A DNA stretch of 64,000 nucleotides. It comes from Flavobacteriales bacterium (GTDB lineage Bacteria; Bacteroidota; Bacteroidia; Flavobacteriales_D; Sanyastnellaceae). Below the pieces are notes generated by a model. That model searched no databases, had not been told where the DNA came from, and saw nothing but the letters and a program-made list of their open reading frames with translations. Each line of letters starts with the position of its first letter. Within the stretch, counting starts at the first letter, position 1. The stretch is taken from assembly GCA_046304755.1 (NCBI GenBank), contig JBKCDO010000253.1, forward strand, positions 15,359 through 79,358, written 5' to 3'. Positions 1 through 9,483 of the stretch are shown here, one piece after another. The position numbers and the translations under genes are program-made.

Positions 1-161
1 AAAGTATCGATTCAATGGCTTAATTTTAGACCCGAAAGGTGCGAAAAATCCCTCGGTTTTCTGCATCATGTTTTAGCCGTCGTTAATAATCCATTAACCT
101 TGACGTAACTTGATTATCCTTGCTTTGTTGCGCTTTAGAAAGCCTTGTAAAACATTCAATC

Positions 162-839
162 ATGAGTAAGCAAAAGATTTTATTGGTCGATGATGAGCCC
201 GATATTCTGGAAATCATCGGTTTCAATCTTGAACGTGAGGGATACGAGGTTTTTACTGCAGCCAACGGTAGGAAGGCGCTGGAAATAGCACGAAAGCAAA
301 AGCCGGATTTAGTGTTGCTCGATGTGATGATGCCGGAAATGGACGGAATGGATACGTGCAGAGAACTGCGCGAAGACCCGAATCTGAAGGACACGCTTAT
401 CGCATTTTTGACTGCTCGCAATGAGGATTACAGCCAGATAGCCGGTTTTGATGCAGGAGCAGATGACTATATTTCAAAGCCCATCAAACCGCGCGTGCTT
501 GTATCACGCGTGAAGGCATTACTGCGCAGGCAGATCGCATCAGAAGCGCCTGCGGCCAAGCCAAACCTCGCCGGAATTGTCATCGACAAAGAGCGTTACG
601 TAGTCTTCAAAGACGGTGTGGAATTGTCGCTTCCCAAAAAAGAATTTGAACTGCTTGCCTTATTAGCTTCTCAACCCGGTCGCGTTTTTACGCGGGAGAG
701 CATTCTTTCCAATGTTTGGGGTAACGACGTTATCGTAGGTGACCGCACCATTGACGTCCACATACGCAAGCTGCGCGAAAAGCTAGGCGACGATTTTTTT
801 AAAACAATCAAAGGTGTAGGGTATAAATTTGAACCGTGA
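162..839 (+). CDS. OmpR/PhoB-family response regulator (REC + winged-helix domain)
   Basis: ORF 120..839. The first ATG (162) gives the canonical receiver N-terminus MSKQKILLVDDEPDILE. Phospho-acceptor context LVLLDVMMPEMDG. C-terminal trans_reg_C strings TIDVHIRKLREKL and GVGYKF. The stop overlaps the GTG start of the downstream kinase. Confidence 0.9.
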   Translation: MSKQKILLVDDEPDILEIIGFNLEREGYEVFTAANGRKALEIARKQKPDLVLLDVMMPEMDGMDTCRELREDPNLKDTLIAFLTARNEDYSQIAGFDAGADDYISKPIKPRVLVSRVKALLRRQIASEAPAAKPNLAGIVIDKERYVVFKDGVELSLPKKEFELLALLASQPGRVFTRESILSNVWGNDVIVGDRTIDVHIRKLREKLGDDFFKTIKGVGYKFEP

Positions 840-1888
840 AGCTCTTCACTGTTCGAACACCCCGACAGGTTTCCCTGGCCTCAGCCGGTTTGATAACCGG
901 TCTGCTGGCGCTTACCTATTTTCTGGTTATCTATCTGCTGGAGCGTGAGTTCGCGCTGATACCGCTGCTGATTCTGCTTTCTCTGGGCTTTTCAATTTCT
1001 TACGGCATCGTTTATTACTTCATCGAACGCTTTCTTTACCACAAGGTGAAGATTATTTATAAAACCATTCACTCGCTGAAGAGCCAGGGCGACGCCCGTC
1101 CAAAAATTCAGATGAGCAGTGATTTGCTTACTGAGATTAATAAAGAAGTGGCAGGTTGGGCCGATGAAAAAATTCGGGAGGTAAAGGATTTGCGTAAGGC
1201 AGAAAATTACCGCCGTGAGTTCATTGGAAACCTCGCTCACGAATTGAAAACACCGGTGTTCAATGTTCAGGGATATATTGAGACCTTGCTCGATACGGAT
1301 CTCGCGGATGCGGAATTAAACCGAAAGTTTTTGGATCGCGCAAATTCAGCGTGTGATCGCTTGATTGATTTGCTCAAAGATCTTGATCAGATTGCTTCCA
1401 TTGAAAGTGGTAATATGCCTCTGGAATTATCCCGCTTCGATGTCGTTCAATTGGCGAAGGATACTGTTGAAATGCTGGAGCCTCAAGCTGTTGATCGGCA
1501 GGTCTCACTTAAGCTGCGCAACACCAACGAAAAACCCATCTTTGTTGAGGCCGATGTGAAACGAATTCAGCAAGTGTTTGTGAATTTGCTCATGAATAGT
1601 ATTTCCTACGGTAAGGAACAAGGTGAGACGCGGATTCGTTTTTACGACATGGACGATAATGTGCTTATCGAAATTGCGGACGACGGAATGGGTATAGCCA
1701 TGGAGCATTTGCCGCGACTCTTCGAGCGGTTCTACCGCGTCGATAAAAGCCGTTCACGCAATGAAGGAGGTTCCGGATTGGGATTGGCTATTTGCAAACA
1801 CATCATCGATAGCCACAATCAAAGTATCTCCGTGCGCAGCACCGAAGGCGTGGGCAGTACGTTCGCATTTACGTTGAAGAAGGCCTAG
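836..1888 (+). CDS. membrane sensor histidine kinase (HisKA + HATPase_c)
   Basis: 350-aa ORF with a GTG start in a GTGA overlap with the regulator stop. Two N-terminal hydrophobic helices. H-box NLAHELKTP. ATPase boxes NLLMNSISY, DDGMGI, GGSGLGLAICK. Confidence 0.9.
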   Translation: MKLFTVRTPRQVSLASAGLITGLLALTYFLVIYLLEREFALIPLLILLSLGFSISYGIVYYFIERFLYHKVKIIYKTIHSLKSQGDARPKIQMSSDLLTEINKEVAGWADEKIREVKDLRKAENYRREFIGNLAHELKTPVFNVQGYIETLLDTDLADAELNRKFLDRANSACDRLIDLLKDLDQIASIESGNMPLELSRFDVVQLAKDTVEMLEPQAVDRQVSLKLRNTNEKPIFVEADVKRIQQVFVNLLMNSISYGKEQGETRIRFYDMDDNVLIEIADDGMGIAMEHLPRLFERFYRVDKSRSRNEGGSGLGLAICKHIIDSHNQSISVRSTEGVGSTFAFTLKKA

Positions 1889-2538
1889 AGACCGGACCAA
1901 TCGGGGCGAACAAAGAAATTATGTTGCTTCTCGGCTCCGATGGTCGTTGATGGCCCATGGCCCGAATAGACACCGAAATCATCCGGTAATTGATACATCT
2001 TTTGCTGAATGGATGCCACGAGATCTTGAGCGTTGCATCCGGGAAGATCGACGCGACCGACACTGCCTTGAAAAAGCACATCCCCGGAAAAAATTACGCT
2101 TTCTTCCCAACACACAAAAGCCAAATGCCCGGGGGCGTGACCGGGTACAAATAAGGTTTTGAGCGTAATTGCTCCAATCGTGATCTCATCACCTTCCGCA
2201 AGAGTTTTGGAAGGCAGCACCGATGGACGATAGGGAATGCCAAACATCAACGATGTGGCTGCTGCCCGCTCAATCACGGCAATTTCGTTGGCATGACACC
2301 ACATGGGAATGCCATAGCGCTCGGAGGTCGAAGAATTGCCTAGAATATGATCCAAATGACAATGCGTATTGAGAATGAGCCGCGGAGTGAGCTTTTCATC
2401 ATGAATGTATTCAAACAGTATAGCGTCCTCCTGAGCGTCAGTCATTCCAGGGTCAATGATGATGGCTTCGCCGGCGTTGTCGGCAAGCACATACGTGTTT
2501 TCCGAAAATGCGTTAAAGGTGAATTGTGCAATGCGCAT
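1885..2538 (-). CDS. MBL-fold metallo-hydrolase (glyoxalase II-like)
   Basis: 217-aa ORF with the zinc motif THCHLDH (LNTHCHLDHILG), followed by PGHAPGH and a C-terminal SGHGP string. Confidence 0.85.
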   Translation of the reverse strand: MRIAQFTFNAFSENTYVLADNAGEAIIIDPGMTDAQEDAILFEYIHDEKLTPRLILNTHCHLDHILGNSSTSERYGIPMWCHANEIAVIERAAATSLMFGIPYRPSVLPSKTLAEGDEITIGAITLKTLFVPGHAPGHLAFVCWEESVIFSGDVLFQGSVGRVDLPGCNAQDLVASIQQKMYQLPDDFGVYSGHGPSTTIGAEKQHNFFVRPDWSGL

Positions 2539-2642
2539 GGTCCTGTATACTTGATTTGTTTTGGAGGTCTGAGATTTTCATGACAAAGGTCGTTCGTTTT
2601 TATAAGCGCCAAAACGTTATTTTAGCCTACTGTCAACCGCAC

Positions 2643-5600
2643 ATGAAGATTCTGCTGCAAGCGCTGTTTTGTTCGTTGCTGCTCTTATCGGGAGTAGCAA
2701 TACGTGCGCAGTTTTATCAAGGAACCAACATGGAATTCGGAAAGAATCGAATTCAGTACCGCGAGTTCACCTGGTTTTATTATCCATCCGAAAATTTTGA
2801 AGTGTACTATTATATCGGAGGTGAAAATCTGGCGCAGTACACTATAGTTTCTTGCGAGAAAAACCTCAAGGAACTGCAGCAATTTTTTGATTACACGGTG
2901 GATGAAAAAATTGAAGTGCTATCGTACCTCAATCAAAGTGAGTTTCGCCAAAGCAATCTCGGATTGACCGGTGACGATCAGTTTAATATCGGGGGTTCTG
3001 CAAAAATCGTGGGCAGCAAAATGTTCACGTACTATGAAGGGAGTCATGATTTGTTGGAGAAGCAAATTCGCGAAAACATCGCACGTGTCTTGTTTGCTCA
3101 GTTAATCTACGGAGGCAATTGGAAGGATGTGCTGAAGAATTCTACGCTGCTTTCTGTGCCGAAGTGGTTTGAGGAAGGAATCATAGCGTATGCGGCCAAT
3201 GGCGTTTCTCCGGAAAGCACAACGTTCATCAAGGATTTGGCGCGAAGCGGAAAGTTCAAAAGCTTCAATCAGTTCGAAGGTGATGACGCACGCCTTGCCG
3301 GACAAACGTTCTGGAACTTCATTGCTGAGGTGTATGGCCAAAATGTGATTCCCAATATCCTTTATATGGCGCAAGCCGGCCGTAACATCGAAAGTGGATT
3401 TTTGTATGTGCTTGGCCTAACGCTGGATCAACTTTCAACCGAGTATATCAACTTTTACAAAGAGAAAGCTGCGGGGATGAGAAACGATCTCTTGCCCTCC
3501 GAACTGCGTCTTTCGGATAATGCATCCAAAGAGGAAATCAAGGCGTTCAAGCGAAGCAAGAAACTGCTGGGTGATGTCCATGTCAAATACAAGAAGAACT
3601 ATCACTATTCGAGATTTACCCTTTCACCGGATCAACAAAAAGTAGCTTTCGTTACGCACGAACTTGGACAGTATCGCATTTGGCTGTATGATGTGGAAAC
3701 AGGCAAGCGGAAGTGTATTCTAAAGCGAGAGCACAAGATGGAACGAATTGCTGACGAAACTTTTCCTGTTCTGGCTTGGCATCCTTCAGGTGAAGTATTG
3801 ACCTATATTTTTGAAAAGCGCGCTAACGCATGGATTGGTAATTACACGGTTGAAACTGACAAGCACGCGCAGAAGGAGTTGTACCTTATTGAAAAAATCA
3901 ATTCGATGCATTACAGCCCGGATGGAAAGCGCATGATTCTGAGTGCGGTCAATCGCGGGCAAACCGATTTGTATCTCTATCAGGTTATCGGTAACAACTT
4001 CGAACAACTTACGAAGGACATTTACGACGATCTGGACCCGGCCTTCATTGATCAAGGCAAGCGCGTCATTTTTACGTCCAACAGAAACGATGATACGCTG
4101 CGCACGCTCACCGAAGGAAATGTTCGTATGAGCCTTATGAGTGATGTGTTTATTTATGACTTGGAAAACCGCGGTCGTGTGCTTGAACGTGTCACAAAAA
4201 CCGATAAGGTGAATGAAACTCGTCCTTACGAATACAGTCATAAACACTTCACGTTTCTGGGCGATGACAACGGCTATCGCAATCGCTATATCGCGAACAT
4301 TGACAGTGTAATTAGCGCTATAGATACTGCAATTCACTACCGCTATTTCACGACAACCAAACCTGTATCCGGTTATACCCGGGATATTCACGAACACGAT
4401 TTTCATGGAACAGATGGCGCGTATCTCGTTGGTTTTCGTAAGAATGGTAAGCCATGGATTTCGTTGGGTAACCGCAGTGCCGATGTCTTCAATGGCTTGT
4501 CGCAACAGCAAGGCCCACCAGGTGATGAGCCTCAATTGAGCCTTACGGATAAGTTGAAAATCTCGGCGGACACGTTAACGAAGGGTGATATCGACATCGA
4601 CAATTATGTGTTTGATGAAGATCGTTTGGATTATACACTGGAGAAGGAAACAGCCCGTGTGGAAGAAGTTTCCCCTCGCAGAAAACAGTTGGAGAGTGAC
4701 ACGCTGACAGAATTCGTGATTCCGCGCTCGCGAAATTATCGCCTCAATTTTGCTGCTGATAAAGCCATTGCTCAAATGAGCAATAATTTCTTTAATCCGA
4801 TTTATCAAAATTATACCGGCGGATCTCCCAATAGCATTTCTCCCGGATTGTCCGGTTTCACCCAGTTTGGCGTGTCTGATTTGTTCGAAGATTATAAAGT
4901 TGTCGGTGGTTTTCGTGCCAATTGGGGCCTTGATAATGCCGAATACGGAATTAGTTTCGAGAATCTCAAAGATCGCTGGGACCGTAAGATTATTTTCTCG
5001 CGCCAGTCACAGCGCATTCAGCGTGGAATCGACTTCTTCAAGTTGCAGAGTAATGACGTTGCGTACAGTGTTAAGTTTCCGTTCAGCGAAGTGAGTTCTG
5101 TGCGCATTCGCGCAGATTACCGCCTGGATAAAGCAGTCAGACAGTCGAATGATCTTGTAAGCCTGGAAGCGGAGAATATTTTCGAGATGAATGTTGCGTT
5201 GAAATTGGAGTATGTTTTCGACAACACCATATCGAGGGGATTGAATCTCTACAATGGAACGCGTTTCAAGTCATGGGTGGAACGCTATCAACAGCCGAAT
5301 CTCGAACGCAGGACGGAGATCAATATCATCGGTTTTGATGCACGTCATTATCAGCGGATACACCGCAATTTCATTGCAGCTTTCCGTATGGCAGGTACGT
5401 CGTCTTTTGGTGCACAAAAGGTCATTAATTACTTTGGTGGAGTCGATAACTGGTTATTTCAGCAGGTCGACAACGCCACTCCAATCAACCCCGATGAACC
5501 TTATCGTTTCCAGTCGTTTGTCGGTCCGGTTCGTGGTTTTTATGTCAATGCACGTAATGGAAATTCTGCCGTCGTAGCGAATGCAGAATTGCGCTTACCG

Positions 5601-5921
5601 GTGTTTAAGTATTTTGCAAAAAATCCCATCAAGAGCGACTTCATAGAGAACTTCCAGGTAGTAACATTCTTTGATGCAGGAAGCGCCTGGACAGGCTGGA
5701 ATCCCTATGCCGATGATAACTTGTTCAATAGGACGGACGTCATTCAAAATCCCGTAACCGTTACGATTTCAAATAACCGCGAGCCTGTTGTTTACGGCTA
5801 CGGTTTCGGTCTTCATTCACGCTTGCTGGGCTATTTCGTGCGCGCTGACTGGGCGTGGGGAGTAGATGATGGCCGTGTGCTCGACCGCGTGTTTTACTTG
5901 TCGTTGAACATGGACTTCTAA
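2643..5921 (+). CDS. large secreted Omp85-family outer-membrane protein with PD40/TolB-like repeats and an MA-peptidase-like N-domain
   Basis: ORF 2526..5921. ATG at 2643 gives the signal peptide MKILLQALFCSLLLLSGVAIRA|Q. PD40-like strings (SPDQQKVAFV, YSPDGKRMILSA, IFTSNRND). C-terminal Omp85 barrel strings (FFDAGSAW, YGYGFGLHSRL) and a terminal F. Confidence 0.75.
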   Translation: MKILLQALFCSLLLLSGVAIRAQFYQGTNMEFGKNRIQYREFTWFYYPSENFEVYYYIGGENLAQYTIVSCEKNLKELQQFFDYTVDEKIEVLSYLNQSEFRQSNLGLTGDDQFNIGGSAKIVGSKMFTYYEGSHDLLEKQIRENIARVLFAQLIYGGNWKDVLKNSTLLSVPKWFEEGIIAYAANGVSPESTTFIKDLARSGKFKSFNQFEGDDARLAGQTFWNFIAEVYGQNVIPNILYMAQAGRNIESGFLYVLGLTLDQLSTEYINFYKEKAAGMRNDLLPSELRLSDNASKEEIKAFKRSKKLLGDVHVKYKKNYHYSRFTLSPDQQKVAFVTHELGQYRIWLYDVETGKRKCILKREHKMERIADETFPVLAWHPSGEVLTYIFEKRANAWIGNYTVETDKHAQKELYLIEKINSMHYSPDGKRMILSAVNRGQTDLYLYQVIGNNFEQLTKDIYDDLDPAFIDQGKRVIFTSNRNDDTLRTLTEGNVRMSLMSDVFIYDLENRGRVLERVTKTDKVNETRPYEYSHKHFTFLGDDNGYRNRYIANIDSVISAIDTAIHYRYFTTTKPVSGYTRDIHEHDFHGTDGAYLVGFRKNGKPWISLGNRSADVFNGLSQQQGPPGDEPQLSLTDKLKISADTLTKGDIDIDNYVFDEDRLDYTLEKETARVEEVSPRRKQLESDTLTEFVIPRSRNYRLNFAADKAIAQMSNNFFNPIYQNYTGGSPNSISPGLSGFTQFGVSDLFEDYKVVGGFRANWGLDNAEYGISFENLKDRWDRKIIFSRQSQRIQRGIDFFKLQSNDVAYSVKFPFSEVSSVRIRADYRLDKAVRQSNDLVSLEAENIFEMNVALKLEYVFDNTISRGLNLYNGTRFKSWVERYQQPNLERRTEINIIGFDARHYQRIHRNFIAAFRMAGTSSFGAQKVINYFGGVDNWLFQQVDNATPINPDEPYRFQSFVGPVRGFYVNARNGNSAVVANAELRLPVFKYFAKNPIKSDFIENFQVVTFFDAGSAWTGWNPYADDNLFNRTDVIQNPVTVTISNNREPVVYGYGFGLHSRLLGYFVRADWAWGVDDGRVLDRVFYLSLNMDF

Positions 5922-5925
5922 GAAG

Positions 5926-6981
5926 TTATTGGTTATAGATAACCTGCATTACGGTCTGTCCTGTAGCTTTTAACGTTTCCTTACTGATAATGTCGATGTT
6001 GTCGTTGTGCGTGTGGTGATAGTTGGCAAACGTGTAACTACCAAGACCCATAGCTACGACTTGTTTGCGTGTGTCGATGATATCAACACAGCGAATACCA
6101 CCGCGGGTTACGAAGAAGTGATCATCCACAACGCCATCGACTTCATCCGCTGTAAACAGGTTGCCATTGCCCATTTTAGACGCAGTGTTCCAAATCAGGT
6201 TCACCACATCAGGCGCGAATTCCATGGAATACATTTCCTTGTTGAAGGAAGCATCAGCAGCACCTACCATATCTAAGAGAATACCGAAACGCGCGTTGTA
6301 GTTTGGAACATGTTTGTTTTTCCCCCAATACTGTGAGCCCAAGCACCATGAGGTTGTGTAGCCATCATTCAATATTTCTTGTTTGCCTTCACGTGCAAAT
6401 TCCGCAGTTCCCAAATCTTCCGCATCAAAGAAGATTAAATCAATGCCGATAGAAGAAGGAGTTAGCGAGAGCTGTCTGCCAATTTCCATCAGCACACCTA
6501 CGCCGCTACCACCATCGTTGGCGCCATCAATGGGTTTTTGCCACAGACTTTGATTTTTGTCCTTGTCGCCAAAAGGACGGCTGTCCCAATGCGCACAGAG
6601 TAACACACGCGTCTTCTTTTCCGGAGCAAACGCTGCGATAATGTTGCGAACCGGAATACTCTTTCCTTCAAACGTTTTGAGCGTAGTTTGTTGCTCGGTT
6701 ACCGTTGCACCATACGACTTCATGCGTGAGACAATGAAGTCGCCGCAAGCCTTATGGGCAGACGTGCCGGGCACACGCGGACCGAAACCCACCTGCTGTT
6801 TTACGAAAGCAAATGCGGTATCGGCGTTAAAAGCAGGAGCTGTGATTTCTTGCTTAGGCTCTTGCGGTTGTTGTGAGCGCTCCTTCTGTTTGGGTTTAGG
6901 TTCGTCTTTGCAGCCGATGTAAACGGATGACGCCGCAAACAAAACAATGAGTACTATCGCAATAATCTGTTTTCCTTTCAT
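5926..6981 (-). CDS. M28-family zinc peptidase-fold lipoprotein, probably a glutaminyl cyclase
   Basis: 351-aa ORF. Lipoprotein signal LFAASSVYIGC. M28/QC-type metal-site strings LLCAHWDSRPFGD, GANDGGSGVGVLMEI, FFDAEDLG, HHTHNDN. Confidence 0.75.
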   Translation of the reverse strand: MKGKQIIAIVLIVLFAASSVYIGCKDEPKPKQKERSQQPQEPKQEITAPAFNADTAFAFVKQQVGFGPRVPGTSAHKACGDFIVSRMKSYGATVTEQQTTLKTFEGKSIPVRNIIAAFAPEKKTRVLLCAHWDSRPFGDKDKNQSLWQKPIDGANDGGSGVGVLMEIGRQLSLTPSSIGIDLIFFDAEDLGTAEFAREGKQEILNDGYTTSWCLGSQYWGKNKHVPNYNARFGILLDMVGAADASFNKEMYSMEFAPDVVNLIWNTASKMGNGNLFTADEVDGVVDDHFFVTRGGIRCVDIIDTRKQVVAMGLGSYTFANYHHTHNDNIDIISKETLKATGQTVMQVIYNQ

Positions 6982-6996
6982 AGCGGGTTGTTAAGC

Positions 6997-8466
6997 CTAT
7001 CCTTCGTAGGTCCAGGTTGTTCCTTCTTTTGAGTCTTTGATTTGAACATTCAAACCGGCCAATGCATCACGCAGTTTGTCTGATGTTGCCCAGTCTTTAT
7101 TGGCCTTGGCATCGGCACGCATCCTCAAAATCATCTGCATGAGTGAATCGGTCAATTGCGAGTTCTCTTTGCCTTCTTCATCTTGCAAACCCATCACACT
7201 GTAAAAGAAATCTTCAAAAGTTGATTTGAGCAATGCAATGTCTTCTTGAGTAAGGGTGATTGATCCTTCTTTGACTGAATTGATCACGCGCACGCCTTCA
7301 AAGAGTTGTGAAATGACAATCGGTGTGTTGAAGTCATCATTCATCGCATCCACGCACGAATTTCTCCATTGCGATACATCGAATGAACTTGCTGCCGTTG
7401 CAGGAATGCTTGGAATAAGCTTCATGGCAGCGCACATGCGCTTGTATCCTTTCTCAGCTGCCTGCAGAGCTTCATTACTGAAATCAAGCGTGCTGGCATA
7501 ATGGCCCATCAGGAAGAAGAAACGCACGGTCATCGGACTGTAGCCCTTATCGAGCAACTTGTGATTGCCGGTAATCAACTCCTCCGGTGTGAAGCCATTG
7601 CCTTCGCTCTTTGCCATCTTGCGGCCATTCACGGTAAGCATGTTGCCGTGCATCCAGTAGCGCACAGGTTCATGGCCCGTAGCGCCTACATTTTGAGCAA
7701 TCTCACATTCGTGATGCGGGAATTTCAAATCCATGCCACCACCGTGGATATCGAACGATTTTCCCAGATACTTCGTACTCATTACTGAACACTCAATGTG
7801 CCAGCCCGGAAATCCAACTCCCCATGGAGAATTCCATTTCATCAGGTGGCTGTCATCCGCTTTTTTCCAAAGCGCGAAGTCGAGTGAATCGCGTTTTTCG
7901 TCCTGACCATCGAGCTCACGGGTATTGGTATAGAGCTCATCAATGATACGGCCTGACAGTTTTCCGTATGGATATTTTTCGCTGAATTTTCGGACATCGA
8001 AATAGACAGAGCCATTGCTCTCGTAGGCGAATCCATTGTTGATGATTTCCTGAATCATTTCAATCTGCTCAATGATGTGCGCAGTGGCGGTAGGCTCTAT
8101 CGACGGATTGAGAATGTTGAAGATGCGCATCACATCATGAAAGCCGTTGGTGTACTTCTGCACCACCTCCATGGGCTCGAGATTTTCGAGCTTGGCTTTT
8201 TTCGCAATCTTGTCCTCGCCATCATCGGAGTCACCGGTGAGATGGCCTACATCCGTGATGTTGCGCACATAACGCACTTTGTATCCGAGAAAAGACAGGT
8301 AGCGATAGACGACGTCGAAGGTCATGAACGTTCGAACATTGCCAAGATGAACGTCGCTATACACGGTGGGCCCGCACACATAAAGACCTACGTGGCCGGG
8401 TGTAATCGGTGTAAAAAGTTCCTTCTGACGATTGATACTGTTGTAAATGTGGAGTTTCTGTTCCAT
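6997..8466 (-). CDS. cysS: cysteine--tRNA ligase
   Basis: ORF 6997..8496. The internal ATG at 8466 gives [20 protein letters not shown], which aligns with the CysRS N-terminus. Class I motifs HLGN (HIGH-type) and KMAKS (KMSKS-type). Confidence 0.95.
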   Translation of the reverse strand: MEQKLHIYNSINRQKELFTPITPGHVGLYVCGPTVYSDVHLGNVRTFMTFDVVYRYLSFLGYKVRYVRNITDVGHLTGDSDDGEDKIAKKAKLENLEPMEVVQKYTNGFHDVMRIFNILNPSIEPTATAHIIEQIEMIQEIINNGFAYESNGSVYFDVRKFSEKYPYGKLSGRIIDELYTNTRELDGQDEKRDSLDFALWKKADDSHLMKWNSPWGVGFPGWHIECSVMSTKYLGKSFDIHGGGMDLKFPHHECEIAQNVGATGHEPVRYWMHGNMLTVNGRKMAKSEGNGFTPEELITGNHKLLDKGYSPMTVRFFFLMGHYASTLDFSNEALQAAEKGYKRMCAAMKLIPSIPATAASSFDVSQWRNSCVDAMNDDFNTPIVISQLFEGVRVINSVKEGSITLTQEDIALLKSTFEDFFYSVMGLQDEEGKENSQLTDSLMQMILRMRADAKANKDWATSDKLRDALAGLNVQIKDSKEGTTWTYEG

Positions 8467-8501
8467 GTGGCAAAGTAAATAGGGAAGATGCTGCAAAGCA
8501 T

Positions 8502-8530
8502 AAAAAAACCACCGCCTTTTCAGCGGTGGT
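8502..8530 (-). terminator. rho-independent terminator after the MORN-repeat gene
   Basis: Plus strand reads AAAAAAA-ACCACCGC-cttttca-GCGGTGGT. On the minus strand this is an 8-bp GC-rich hairpin followed by a U-run, 26 nt past the stop at 8556. Confidence 0.8.
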
Positions 8531-8555
8531 TGTTGGCAACGTTTCCTATCGCTGA

Positions 8556-9425
8556 TTATTGATCGTTTGTGTTTTTAACCGTTTTTCCGCTGCTGCGTCC
8601 GCGTGTGAAGATTTCGGTTCCGGCTGATAATCCATTGGCATCGTAATGTTGAATTCGGCCGTTATAAAGTTGCCCATTGATGAAGTCGCCCGACATAGTT
8701 ACCTGACCCGCTTTGTTGTAGAGCACGTTGTAACCATTCGGATCAAATGGATGTGCGCCATTGGTTTGATGCTCCTTTCCCGGCATCTGACCGGCCATGT
8801 TTGCGGCCTTGGTTTGCTCGTTGGTCATGTAGGACTTTACACCACCTGCTTTGGTTTTTCCATTTTCGAATTGACGTTCTTCCAATAACGCACCTTCTGC
8901 ATCGAAGCGGCGTTGAATGCCGTGCTCTGCGCCTTGATCCATCGGAACTTCCAGCGCAAGCTTGCCATTTTCATGGTAAAAACGTTGAACACCTTGTTTG
9001 GTGCCCTCATCATCATACACCAACTCTTCTTTGAGCTTGCCATTGGCATAATAGCGTCGCATTTGACGGATATGTTTGCCCTGCTGCCAATTGCCTTCTT
9101 CTTCTAATTGCCCATCTGCATAATAGAGTTTATAAGGCCCCATGGGCATTCCCTGAACATAGGTGATTTCGGATCGTACATGACCGTCGGGGTGATAACG
9201 TTTCCACAGTCCTGATTTTTGATCATGGACATAATCGCCTTCCTCGACTTTAGCGTAAGCAGCATAGGCGGGATCTTTTGCCATGGCGCCATCATAAATC
9301 CATGGACCATGCTTGCGGCCATTAACGTCAGTTTGATTCAGCTGAGCGCGCATAGTCACCAGTGAGAATAGGACTGCGGCTGCTACAATAAATAGTTTAC
9401 GAGAAAATTCCAGTACGTTTCGCAT
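8556..9425 (-). CDS. secreted MORN-variant (YwqK-like) repeat protein
   Basis: 289-aa ORF with signal peptide ...LVTMRA|Q. Repeated G.W..Y..NG......Y..G..HG units (e.g. GLWKRYHPDGHVRSEITYVQG, GPYKLYYADGQLEEEGNW, RRYYANGKLKEE, RFYHENGKLALE). Confidence 0.7.
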   Translation of the reverse strand: MRNVLEFSRKLFIVAAAVLFSLVTMRAQLNQTDVNGRKHGPWIYDGAMAKDPAYAAYAKVEEGDYVHDQKSGLWKRYHPDGHVRSEITYVQGMPMGPYKLYYADGQLEEEGNWQQGKHIRQMRRYYANGKLKEELVYDDEGTKQGVQRFYHENGKLALEVPMDQGAEHGIQRRFDAEGALLEERQFENGKTKAGGVKSYMTNEQTKAANMAGQMPGKEHQTNGAHPFDPNGYNVLYNKAGQVTMSGDFINGQLYNGRIQHYDANGLSAGTEIFTRGRSSGKTVKNTNDQ

Positions 9426-9483
9426 AAAGATGTTCGTGTTAGGTTGCGACAGAATGGTTTCTGCCGCACTGTATACGATTACA

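Noticed and set aside
83-421. 112-aa minus-strand ORF at the window start.
   Set aside because: It lies entirely antisense to the well-supported response-regulator gene. Its composition is Ser/Arg-rich and low-complexity, typical of an antisense frame.
3786-4535. 249-aa minus-strand ORF inside the Omp85-family gene.
   Set aside because: It is antisense to a 3.3-kb gene with clear domain signatures and has no motif or signal of its own. Long stop-free antisense frames are expected from the codon bias.
8556-9425. Treating the YwqK-like MORN-repeat protein as the antitoxin of a toxin-antitoxin or polymorphic-toxin pair.
   Set aside because: It has a cleavable signal peptide, is monocistronic with its own terminator, and has no toxin-like neighbour (it is flanked by cysS and a dehydrogenase).
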